From assembly GCA_977017645.1 (NCBI GenBank), contig OZ360242.1:46314001-46378000 (forward strand): a stretch of DNA of 64,000 nt. The letters are read 5' to 3'. The notes below the pieces were generated by a model. The model did no database searches. It was not told where the DNA came from and saw only the letters and a list, made by a program, of their open reading frames with translations. Within the stretch, counting starts at the first letter, position 1. The number at the start of each line of letters is the position of its first letter. The position numbers and the translations under genes are program-made. Of this stretch, positions 25,528-37,269 are shown one piece after another. This stretch comes from Torpedo marmorata. Lineage: Eukaryota.

Positions 25528-25960
25528 CTTCTTCTTCAGGCAGTCCCTCAGGATAAAGGGCGATTTACAGTATTTCCACTCTGGTTTTGCAGGTTCTGAG
25601 GTAGCTAGTGAGGCCAGTGTGGGAACCGCAGACGTTGTCACAGATTAGTAGGGCAGGTAGTCTGTGAAGTACTTTGTACCTGCCCTCATTTAACATGGCC
25701 CTCTGTGCATTCCCAATGCAAGGCCTCAAGGTTCTCAATGCCACCCTGAGTGTCCTCCACTTCCAGACATGGGTCTGAAGTTCCCAGGAGTCTGTGGTGA
25801 TGCGTGGTTTCTTCAAGAAGGCTTTCGACATATCCTTAAAATCTTATTTTATCTGCCTGATAATCTTTTAAGACATAGCTCGGAATATTGTGGTGTTTTT
25901 TTCCGGCATCTAACGTCGGGCGTGTGACTTACTATCCACAAGCAGGCATCTCAAAGCGCT
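25528..25960 (-). mobile_element. RTE-clade LINE 3' fragment
   Basis: C-terminal CxxxC...HTGLTSYLRTC motif, KAFLKK...WE, and a (GAA)n tail. Confidence 0.6.
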
Positions 25961-26019
25961 GGAAAGAGATCACCAGTGTTGTCCCCCGAAGAATGATCTC
26001 ACCAACCGTTCCGGCACAG

Positions 26020-26460
26020 CCTCGCTGACTCATGACCTGAGCAGCTCGCCCTGCCCCCCGATTGAAGTCGGTCCGTCCGCCCGCCCTCGCTCACTCACCA
26101 GCCCTTCGGTCGGCGCCCGGCGCCCCTGCCAGCCCCTCTGGGAAACCCCAGCAGCAGGCGAGGCGCACGCGCGCTCGTCCTTCGCGACAAAGGCGCCTTT
26201 GCGGCAGTTTGTGTGGGAGAGCGATCACCGAGGCGGGGCGGGGAGGGGGTAGGGGTGGGGGGGGAGGAAGGAAGGAAGGAAGGAAGGAGGAGCAGAGAGT
26301 GAAGTGGGGGCGAAAGGCCGCCGAACTGGAGCGACTGAACGGCCCGAGAATGTGCGGTGGCTGAACCAGGTACCGATCCTTGCCCCCGGGGGTGGGTGGG
26401 GGGGTGAGTGAAAAGCCCCCATTGGGCCACGTAATGATAATATAGTGCGAGCAAATTGGA
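26020..26460. promoter_or_regulatory. CpG island: bidirectional MARF1 / distal NDE1 promoter with divergent first-exon candidates
   Basis: GC boxes (GGGGCGGGG). Plus-strand donors CAG|gtaccg (26369) and GGG|gtgagt (26403). Minus-strand donor CTG|gtgagt (26099). Confidence 0.75.
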
Positions 26461-29400
26461 GGGAGGGAAGGGAGAGAGAAAGAACAAAAATGTTTCTGCG
26501 TCAAAGCCTTTACTTTCGGTTTCATCAGTGGCGAGAGGGCCTGTTTTCTTTGCCGCTGATTTCTCTAAATGTAAATGTTAAATGTACCTTTTATAACGAG
26601 CATGTATTTGCCGTGGCTCCTGCGTCCATCGGGGTTGATGGGGATCACACCTCGTGTTCTGGCTTTGTTTACTGCTCTCACTGAAAGGATGTTTTTATTT
26701 AATTCCATTGGAAGTGGTTTATTTTGCCACCGTGGATTTCAGAAAGAAATCTTAATTTTTTTTTGCGAAATTAATTGCTTTGGTCAGGAATTTTAAAAAA
26801 TATATATGACTGTTTTGATTCCCGAGATATACTCAAACGGTTATTTGTCGAGTGGCTTCGATCCTGCTCCATTCAGTGACAGAGTGGGTGAACTAATCGT
26901 TGACCTTCATTCCACTTCCTACCTATTCCCCAGAATCTTTGATTTTCCTTCTAGTCGAAAAACCTATTAATATTAGCCAGTGTATATAATGACTCAGCAT
27001 CCACCGTTTTCAGAAGAAGACGATTAACACACCACTTTATCCAAAGTCAATACCCCTAGTTCTAGATTTCATTATCAATGATGGCATCTATCCTGTCAAA
27101 CTATGATCAATCTGTTGTATCAATGAGATTACCACTTCAACAATCTACAAATTTTAGCCAGGAGCTCATTAATCTTTTCCCACGGGCAGTGAGAATGCTG
27201 AACGACCAAAGGAGCTGCTCACACTAACCATCCGAGACTCATATTTACGAAACAATATTTATTTATTTGTATATATGAATATTTGTCCTGCATACGTATT
27301 GTTTGAATGTGTGTTATTTCTGGTTGTGTGTCTGCGTGGTTTGCACCGAGGAACGGAGAATGCTGTTTCACCGGGTTGTACTTGTACAATCAGATGACTT
27401 GGTGTCCTACTAGATCAGATCTTCCCCATCAGATCAGTTATTCCCCTCCTTTACCTCCTATGGACACTGCGAGACCGGTTGAGTTCTTCCAGCATTTCTG
27501 TGTGTTTTTACTTCCCTGCCTGAAAATGACCTGCTTGTCCATGCTCTCTGTTTCCTGATACCAATACCAAGAGACTATTTTATAGTGGAACCTTTTGTGG
27601 AATCCAAAGACTAAAACTCCAGTAATCCAGCACCCTTTGGACTTTGAGAGTGCTGGACTAGCAGATTTTTCAACTCTCTATGCAACTATCCGTACCTGAA
27701 CACCATTATTTCACTTTTGTTTATATGTTATCACAATGAACTGAGTGAATTTAATGGGAGCAAGAAATATACAAGCAATATATTACTCGCCAGATACAAT
27801 ATGCACTCCAGATAAAAGTTCACCCATGTTCCTAACCTCTGGTGTTCCCGACCCCATCCCAGGCTCTGACCACACAGCTCGCCCACAGTGTGATCTTTGG
27901 CCCAGCTTCACTCCAGATCTCCGGCTCTAGCTACGTACCCTGCTTGTAGTCTGAATTTCAACTCACATTCCTGACTAATGATTGAATCAGATGTCAGACC
28001 ATGAAGATTTCTGAGCAGTCAAATGCTGGGTTATCAGTTTTACAAGGTCCATTGCTTCCTGCCATTCCACCCTGCAAGTTACATTCTCAAAGACCTCCAA
28101 TAAAATTTGTCAAGCTTGACATTCTGCCTAATTCTAGCATGATTTTCTGAATATCTGTTACTTTCTTAATAATTATTCAGCACTTAAATTCATATTATAA
28201 AGTGTTGTAGCAAAATATTTTTGTTTTACTCTTTACCATGATGGAATCTCCGATCAATCAGTAAATCTAGTAAATTAGGTGACAAAATTAACTGATCGGA
28301 GACCTCGAGTATCGTTTCGCAGACTTTATTTTGCATGATGTATCACAGAGAGTAGGCGGCAGTCTCCACTGCTATCCGACTCCAAAATCTCCCTCGAGTT
28401 GGAAGAGAAGTTGGCCAGACAATACTTTAATTTGAATCAGAAGTGGATGTAGATCAGTAAAGAAGACATGATCAGGCTCAGATCTCATGTCTTTTTAATG
28501 TCAAATGTCACTATTAAAGTTTATAGATGAGTACTAATCAAAGTTACAGAGATTAACTTGTTCTTTTTGAATGTGCACATTGAAAAACAGTTAAATGAGA
28601 AAGTTGAAGTCAGAAGATTGCCAAAAAAATTATAAATCTGCCATGCCACTTGCATTTGATGTCCTGATAAAAGAATTGCATGTACCCGTAGTTTCCTTGC
28701 CCTATGTTACTGTTATTGGTCAGGAAAGTACCTCATATTTAGCAAAGTAGTATGCAGGGTATTCATCTACTGCAGCTACAATGTCTCAAAAGAGATCAAA
28801 TTAGCATATCTAAAGTGAACTATGATATTTTATTGAAACTGCCTGAGCTAGTAACTTTGTTATTGCCCTAAAATATACAAACTGAATACATTCATTTAGA
28901 AACGTATTTACCATGGAAGGGCAAAATTCATATTTGAAAGTGCAAGGTTCACCAAGAGATATTAAATGATACACTAGTATATGCTTGGTGCTAATACTGC
29001 AGAGTCTTGATTCGTTGTAGCATTTTTGGCCAGGAAAAAATGAAAAAATACAAAAATAATAATAAATACCGGTAAATAAAATTGTTATGTTATCAGCTTA
29101 ACAATTCACCTGTTTGCTAAATAGTCCAGCCTGCTTGTGTTCACTCAGCCAATGAGAGTGCATTGCAAAATTGTTACTTGGCTATTCTGTAACATTTTAT
29201 TGTGGATGCGGGTGCTTCACAGTTGATTCTTTGTAAGTTATGATCCTTGTGACTTCAAGCATGCATCATCCAGCAGATCTTGAGCCTCAATCACGTAGCC
29301 ACAAAACAATGTAGATTGGTACCATCAGGGAATTGCAGACAAAGAGTAAGTTTTAAATTGCCAAGGTTGCATCATCTGATGAGTTGTTACAAAAACAAAA

Positions 29401-29569
29401 TTTAAAATGTGACAAATAGTTGTATTAATGGATTAAAACTATATAGTAGGCATATAAAATAAATTTAACCTCCCTCCTCAGAGTGCCAAATGGATTCAAT
29501 TTAGTCACCAAAGAATTTTGAGGAATCCAGACAAGATAGAAAACTATCCTTTTAGTTATGCTATGAGTT

Positions 29570-30200
29570 AATGTGGTCAAGGAACAGTTTATGGAGAAGA
29601 TGGAGAACAGGTTATGCATGTGTGGAACATCAAGCATACCTTCAAGTCAATTTATGCTCATGGAGAAAGGCAGCAGTATCTTTACCCATATGGAGCAACA
29701 AGAGGGCAGGGGTTCAATAACAAAAAAGTTCACACTACCTCAGGAAGGTTCTTTTAAACATAAACATTTCGGTAGCTTGCAATATATTCGCATCAATGGT
29801 GAAGCTGCAGACACTGATAGCAGGCAGCTTGAGAGTACCGTGACAGGCTCAAGGATGGCATCTTCCTCACCTTGTCTTCAGTGAAGATTAGATAAACTTT
29901 GTGGAAGATCATGCTGGCAAGTATCTTCATTTCCTGATAAGAAAGTGTGCATCTTGATTTAAACTGCCAAAGACTGCTTGACGCTCCTGCTGGAGACAGA
30001 ATACATTGGAAAATATTGGCTAATGTCTTTGCTCACCTACCATATGGAAAATCCAAGAACATTTGAAGGGGCTTTCTAAAGAGCATCTGTGCATTATCTC
30101 GAGAGTTTTGGGAAACAATTGCCATCTTGCAGCAGTGGTTCAGCTCATATTTCTGTGCCACAGTGAAGTGTTACTGCAAGGACAATAACCTTGAGCTCAC
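29570..30200 (+). mobile_element. Fossil Tigger (TIGD1-like) transposase fragment
   Basis: MEKME...EKG.SIF, INGEAADTD, then frameshifted K-TAKDCLTLLL and TYHMENPRT; many stops and indels. Confidence 0.65.
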
Positions 30201-30577
30201 CCATTCACTCAAATACGTTTCTTGTTTTTTTATTAAATATTTCCTCGCAGCTTTTTTCACTAAATCTGGGTAGTTCACTGCATCCATATACCAACCACTG
30301 TATAAATCTGCGCAATTTCCCTCTTCCATAATTGAGTTTTGTTAATAGTTTATGGAATTTGTGACAATTTTGAACATAAGATTAAGGTAGAATGTAACAC
30401 AGGCACCATGTTTCAATTCCCATTTAAATTAAATAAGGTCAAGATGTTCAATCTCTCCTCGTTAGGATCTTCATTTAAACTGCCAAAGACTGCTTGACGC
30501 TCCTGCTGGAGACAGAATACATTGGAAAATATTGGCTAATGTCTTTGCTCACCTACCGTATGGAAAATCCAAGAACA
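29957..30577 (+). repeat. 105-bp direct duplication (29957-30061 and 30473-30577), 1 mismatch
   Basis: Direct comparison of the two segments. Confidence 0.92.
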
Positions 30578-31277
30578 GTATATGGACTCTTTCTACATAA
30601 CCTTAACTTTGATACATGGTATTGGTATTCCAGGTGACATGTGGCAGTGTTTATCATCTTGGAACCAAATGTATTTTGGATAAGCTGCCCAATCCTTATC
30701 CAGTATTTTGTAGCTTAAAAATGAATTTAGAACATAAAACACTACAGCACAGTACAGGCCCTTTGGCCCTCGATGTTGTGCCGAACCATATATTCCTTTA
30801 AAAAGGTACTAAACCTCGTAACCCTCTATTTTTCTTTCATCCATGTGCCTTTCTTAAGAGGCTCTTAAATGCCCCTAATGTTTCAGCCTCCACCACCAGC
30901 CCTGGCAAGGCATTCCAGGCACCCACAACTCTTTGTGTAAAAACGTACACTGATTTCTCCCCTAAACTTCCCTCCCTTCACTTTGTACATATGAACTCTG
31001 GTGTTTGCTATTTCCTGCCCTGGGGAAAAGGCGCTGGCTGTCCACCCTATCTATGCCTCTCAGAAAAGTGCAGCTCTGCTAACCTTGCCTCATAAGACAT
31101 CCTGGTAAATCTCCTCTGCACCCTCTCCATAACTTCCACATCCTTCCTATAATGAGGTGACCAGAACTGAACACAATACTCTAAGAGTGGTCTCACTAGA
31201 GATTTGTAGAGTTGCAACATGACCTCTTGACTCTTGAACTCAATCCCCCTATTAATGAAGCCCAACATCCCATAGGC

Positions 31278-31440
31278 CAGGTGTGGGCAACCTTTTAATT
31301 TAGATATACAGCACGGTAACAGGCCATTTTGGCCCACGAGTACGTACCTGGGGTGTAGGTTAATTGGGCAGCACGGACTCGTGGGCTGAAATGGCCTGTT
31401 ACCGTGCTGTATGTCTAAATTAAAAGGTTGCCCACCCCTG
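31278..31440. mobile_element. hAT (Charlie-like) MITE, 163 bp, with 8-bp TSD
   Basis: Ends CAGG(T/G)GTGGGCAACC; TSD CCATAGGC at 31270-31277 and 31441-31448; inverted arms of about 64 bp. Confidence 0.85.
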
Positions 31441-31589
31441 CCATAGGCCTTAACTATCCTATCAACCTGCGCAGCGACCTTGAGGGATGTATGGATTTGC
31501 ACCCCAAGGTCTCTCTGTTCATCCACACTCTTAAGTAACCGACCATTAACCCTGTACTCAGCCTTCTGGTTTGTCCTTCCAAAATGCAT

Positions 31590-32618
31590 CAGAATCAGAA
31601 TTTATTGTCATGAACAAGTCATGAAATTCGGTGTTTTGCGGCAGCATCATAGTGCAATTAACATTCATATTAACCATCTTACGACATTACTATAAAAAAT
31701 TATAAACAATAGTGCACAAAAAGTAAGGCAGTGTCTTTGGTTCATTGATTATTCAGGAATCTGATGGCAGCGGGGAAGAAGCTGTCCTTGTGCCGTTGAG
31801 TGCTCATCTTTAGGCTCCTGTACCTTTTTCCCGTTGGTAGCAGAGTGAAGAGGGCATGGCCTGGGTGGTGGGGTTCTTTGAGGATAGAGGCTGCTTTTTT
31901 AAGATACCGCCTCATGTAGATGTCCTCGATGGAGTGAAGTTTGGTGCCTGTGATGTCACAGGCCGAGTTAACAACCCTCTGGAGTTTACTCTTGTCCTGG
32001 GAGTTGGCGCCTCCATACCAGGCAGTGATGCAACCAGCCAGAATGCTCTCCTCGGTACACCTGTAGAAGTTTACGAGAGTCTTCAGTGACATACCGAATC
32101 TCCGAAGACATCCCACAAAGTATAGCCGCTGACGAGCCTTCTTTGTGATTGCATCAACGTGGATGCTCCAGGACAGATCCTCGGAGATGTTGACACCCAG
32201 GAATTTGAAGTTCTTGACCCTCTCCACTACTGAGCCCTCGATGAGGACTGGGTCGTGTTCCCCTGACTTCCTCCTGAAGTCCACAATCATCTCCTTGATT
32301 TTGCTGACGTTGAGCTCAAGGTTGTTGTCATTACACCATTCAACGAGCTGATCTATCTCCCTCCTGTACGCTTCCTCATTGCCGTTTGTGATTCTGCCGA
32401 CAACTGTGGTGTCATCGGCAAACTTGTAGATGGCATTGGAATTGTGCCTGGCCACACAGTCATGGGTGTATAATGAGTAGAGCAGTGGACTAAGCACGCA
32501 TCCTTGGGGTGCGCCTGTGTTGATAATCAGTGAGGAGGAGACGTTTCCAATTCGTACTGACTGTGGTCTTCCAATGAGAAAGTCAAGGATCCAGTTGCAG
32601 AGTGGGGTACAGAGGCCT
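31590..32618 (-). mobile_element. Rex1 family A 3' fragment with an uninterrupted 293-codon RT C-terminal ORF
   Basis: ORF 31742..32623: [32 protein letters not shown]; (TTCTGA)n tail. Confidence 0.92.
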
Positions 32619-33190
32619 ATCACACTTATCCGGATTGAACTCCATCTGCCACTTTTCCGCCCAACTCTGTATCCTGTCTATATCTTTTTGTAACATACGA
32701 CAACCTGCATCACCATCTACATCTCATCCAACCTTCGTATCATCCGCAAACTTACTGACCCATCCTTCCGTCTCTTCATCTAGGTCATTTATAAAAATCA
32801 TAAAGAGCAAGGGTCCCAGAACAGATCCCTGCTGAACTCCACTTGTCACTGACCCCCCCCAGGCAGAATACTTTCCTTCCACTGCTACTCTCTGTTTTCT
32901 ACATGCAAGCCAATTTTTTATCCACACAGCCAAGGTTATATTTGTTGAATTTGTATCACAGAAATGAATAACGTATAAGAGAATGTTAAAGACACATATT
33001 ACCCAACACACTTCTTTAAGAAGTACTCTTCCAAAGAATTTTTCAGATAATTTGTTTTGGTGGTGTTTGTTGAGGAAGAAATAAAGATCTTGTCTCTAGA
33101 GAGCTGCTACTGAAATCATATTTTCTATCCTCATTTGGTGCCAGTTTAATATTTCATCCAAAAGAATGCATCTCTGAGATTGTACAGATA

Positions 33191-33532
33191 CAGTAGAAGT
33201 CCAAAAATCCGGATGCCAGAAATCCAGACCACCCGAGAATCTGGATTTTTCAAAAACTCTCAAACTTTGAAAATTTAGCGGGCTTTTGTGTGCATGCATG
33301 CGTAAGTGCCACAGGTGCACAGAAGTGGCAGAAATGATCGAACAAATATTTATTTGGTTTTTTTTGTACTTTGTATTTTATATGAAAAAATGTTTCGTTA
33401 GTAAACTACCAAAATTTACCTGTTCATCTCTTTATTCCTCCCTATATTTGAATTTTAAAAGTATTGCCTGAGAATCCTGAAAATCCGGACCAACCCAATC
33501 CCCGAGCATTCCGGATTTTCAGACTTCTACTG
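33191..33532. mobile_element. Tigger-like MITE with TA TSD
   Basis: TA|CAGTAGAAGTC...GACTTCTACTG|TA, with repeated AATCCGGA subterminal motifs. Confidence 0.82.
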
Positions 33533-35565
33533 TAATATGTTTAAGTCAACAATGTCTTGAATCTCAATGTTCTGATGGAATTGAGAGTCTAACCACCTGA
33601 GTCGGACAAATCCTCATAGTTTATATTACCGTAGATCTGTTTATTTCTTGTGTGCATTGCAAACCTTGGCATTTTTTCACAATAATTTTATCATAAAGGA
33701 ACATACCTTCCCAAGTGATCCAGATCGGATCAAATTTGAAATACAAATAGAAAATGCTGAAGATATTCAGATCAGTATTTAATCAATATTTAGTTGATTC
33801 TATTTAACATTGTTATATACACACAACTTTAATCTTAGATCTGAGGTTCAGTAAGGTGTGTGAAATGTGCTTGAGTAGAAGACAAAGCAATGTTAGATAG
33901 AAAGGTGTTTTAACTATTGCAGACTTATGAATTTCTTTTGCTCTTCCATTCGACTGGTTAGATTATGATATGGCAGAATAAGATACAATGTGTGAATTAC
34001 TCAGAATTTGTATTTGTATCTAGTTTTATTTGCTCCTATATTTGTCAAATTGTTCTGTCTGCTGTGCAAATAAAACAATCCAACTATATATTCAATCCAT
34101 GGTAACAATGTAATGTTGAATCATTGTGTAGAATTAGGCCCTTTGCCCCACCATGTCTGTCATATCCCAAGATGATCATCAAGTACCCATTTAAACTAAT
34201 GCCTTGGAAATTCAAGCACTTGTTCAGGTACTTCTGAATGTTGTGGGAGTACTTCCTCCACCACCCACCCAGGCTTTGGTTTAAGTAACTTTTTTAATTT
34301 TCAAGTTTTGTAAAGATCAGCATAATTAGTATAAAAGTTACCGGAATATTAGTTTGGTTTATAAATGAAAAAGGAGCGTTAGTTCACTTGAGTTTAATAT
34401 TGCATGACAGTTTTTCACTTGACTGTATTTCAGGACACGTGACAATAAAACAATTCATTCATTCATTTCTCCAATCTCTGATTCCAACTAAAATGTTTTT
34501 ACCAGGAATGAAAGCAGCCTGAGCAAGTTGTCATTCCCTGCAAAGTGGAGAATTTTATTTAAAACAGTTCTTACTGGTATAATTATTTATATTTTATAAA
34601 AAGTAAAAGTTAATGTTGTACAAAATCCGGATACCTCTTGCTACTAACATCAGGCAGACTTGTAAATGAGTGATTGAATCCTTTCCTTTGTGCAAAAGTC
34701 AATAGACTATTAAAGATCACTGAGACCAAGAGTAGTCGCTGTTTTTGAATGTATCTGTCAGAAGTGTACTTGTTCATTTTAATTTTGCTTGGATAAGATT
34801 ACCTCCCTTTCCCTCAAAGTGATCCGACATGGCTGCTGCCCATTTAGCAACAATGGTGAGTCAATGGTCTTGACCACCCATCCTCAACCTTTTTTTGACT
34901 ATGCCCCCCCCCCGCCCACCCGGGCTCTCCTCAGTGATTATGGGCCCCCTTTACTGTGCAGCATTCAAGTTTTGGTTTCTTCCATACTTCTCCACCGACT
35001 ACATAAAAAACAAAAAAATATTTATATTACGCGAGGTGAAAAGAAAACAAGGTTTTTACTTAAATGTGCTGTGGCCCCCATTGAGAATGGCTGGTCAAGA
35101 CCATGAAAGATAGTCTTGCGGTGTCTCAGGCTACCTTCTATTCCTGTTTAATAAAATTACTGTTTTAGTGCACAGAGTCTCATGTTTATGTATCTTTAGA
35201 GTAATTAACTGAACTTGGCTTTTTCTGAATTAATTCAGTTAATATCTACTATCCACAGTCCAATATTGTTGACTGGGAGGAGGCAAGTCTGATTTGAATA
35301 CCATTACTCTTCATGCATGTGTGTGAATCATTTGTGTACCAAGTTGTCTTCTGGTACGAGGGCCACATTCATGTTGACTTTGCAATTGCAGTTGTTAACT
35401 TCTGGTATGAGATGAAAGTGACGCAGGTTGGAAAAAGCCAAATGCAGACTGCTGCTGTTCCATGATTTCCTACTCAACAAAGTGTGTTTATATTTTAAGA
35501 ACAGGAGAGAAGAATGAAAGGAAAGACAGACAAAAGAATGCTGAGGAAGTATGTAAGGCTCTATC

Positions 35566-35721
35566 ATGGATGGCAACAGAAAGGAGAATTCCTTCTGCAG
35601 TAGGCCTGTTGGAAACCTGAATCAACCAGATGATGATGGTCACATTTCTAAACAGTGGCTCTGGAAAATCTCAAATTGCTTTTCAACAGTTGAGCAGATA
35701 TTACCATCCAATAAAAAAACG
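35566..35721 (+). CDS. MARF1: MARF1 coding exon 1 (start codon)
   Basis: MDGNRKENSFCSR...WLWKISNCFS resembles the MARF1 N-terminus; donor ACG|gtaaat, phase 0. Confidence 0.9.
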
Positions 35722-36162
35722 GTAAATTCACTTTACCACCTGTTGAATCTACTACATTATTCCACATTATAAAGCATACATTTTGACTGACGTGGTATAG
35801 TAGTTGCACAAATAAAATTTCATATGATTTTCTGATTTTTTTTTCTACAAGCTATTGAATTTATGTTGAGCAGTCATGTAGGAAAACAGCACAGTTAATT
35901 TTATATCACACTGATTCATATTTAAATTCTATACTCATTGCTTTGTTATTATTTTTTAAATATTCATGCATATGCTTTATGTCAGCAAAGTAAATTGAAA
36001 ACAGGTCATCCAGTTCACAGCAGTTTTTTTCAACTTAATCATTCTTTTACATGGCAGGTGAAACATTTGTGCTCTATTCCTTGTCACCTTTTACTGGTAA
36101 TTAATTTTAGCAAGTTTATTAGTACAGTAATCGAGTCTCTCATTATAATAGTCTTGAGATTA

Positions 36163-36881
36163 CCGTATTTGACAGCATATAAGACCCACGGGCATATAAG
36201 AACCCATGCCCCCCCCTCCCCCCATTACAGCAGGGAATATTAAGAATTTTTTTTTAGTGTATTTACGGGTAAGCAGGATTTTTAATTCAGTTCTCACTAA
36301 CTTTGCCGTGCGGCTTCTCCTCGGCAGGCCGCCCAGCCCCAGGACCCCCACCGGCAACGCGCGGGTGTTGGCAAACGGGTTCCTCCTGCACCTCTTTTGC
36401 TGCTGGCGGGGGCCACCATGTTCGGCCCTCTCACTAGGGGAAGTGAGCAGCGGCTCCGGAAAGCATGGCCTTGCGCTGCTGGCGGGGGCCGCCGTGGTCG
36501 GCCTTCTCACCGTGGGAAGTGAGCGGCGGCTCCGGAAAGCACGGTCTTGCACTGCTGACGGGGGCTGACGTGGTCGGCCTCACCGGGGGAAGTGAGCGGC
36601 GGCTCCGGAAAGTATGGTCTTGCGCTACTGGCGGGGGCCACCGTGGTCTGCCTTCTCACCGGGGGAAGTTAGCGGCAGCGGCTCCGGAAAGCACGGGCCA
36701 CCCGAGGGAAGGTGGCCCGCGAAGCTGCGGGCCAGCTTCCTGGATAGCCACAGCACCTCCGCAGGCTTCTTGAAGCTGGGCGAGTAGCCGGCGACCTGCT
36801 CAGCGGCCATCGCGGCAACTTCACATATACGACCCGGGGGATATTTTTGAGCCAATTTTTATGAAAAAAAGTCAAATACAG
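36163..36881. mobile_element. Non-autonomous Tc2/pogo-type element with an internal GC-rich repeat of about 76 bp
   Basis: TA|CCGTATTTGAC...GTCAAATACAG|TA; about 4 tandem units at about 36400-36700. Confidence 0.72.
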
Positions 36882-37269
36882 TACATTTTAGTTATTTTGT
36901 GTATTCTAATGTCAACTTAATATGAATCAAGTAAAAATAAATTCTATCAATCTCAGACCTGGAAATGGCATGGTAATAGTCTGTGTATTAATAGTACCAA
37001 GTGTTACCTGTTAAAGCGTTAGTAGAGAGTTTAAAGGGCTGCTTTTGGTTGGTATGCATTTCAGCCTTTATTGAGTGGTTTTGAATCTTAATCCGTAGAG
37101 AGTAAATGATGTACGAAGGCAAGATAAAGTGAAAGTGATCATGTTGGAGCTTTTGCAGTGTAGAAGGAAAAAATCGGAATTCTGAACTGTCTGAAGCAGG
37201 GGGCAGGGAAGTCTAATTTCTGTTACTGTGGTGGTAGAAAGGAATTGAAAAGTCCAGTAAAATTAGTCC

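Larger units (their letters stand above)
30728..32935 (-). mobile_element. CR1 LINE 3' portion, same family as 736-4699, with nested hAT MITE and Rex1 insertions
   Basis: [45 protein letters not shown]. Confidence 0.92.

Noticed and set aside
26062-26525. Overlapping ORFs, and a miR-484 orthologue at the bidirectional promoter
   Set aside because: The ORFs reflect GC richness. I see no match to the mammalian miR-484 mature sequence.
36160-36875. Internal CpG-island promoter or coding ORFs
   Set aside because: Explained by the tandem array inside a TA-flanked DNA element.
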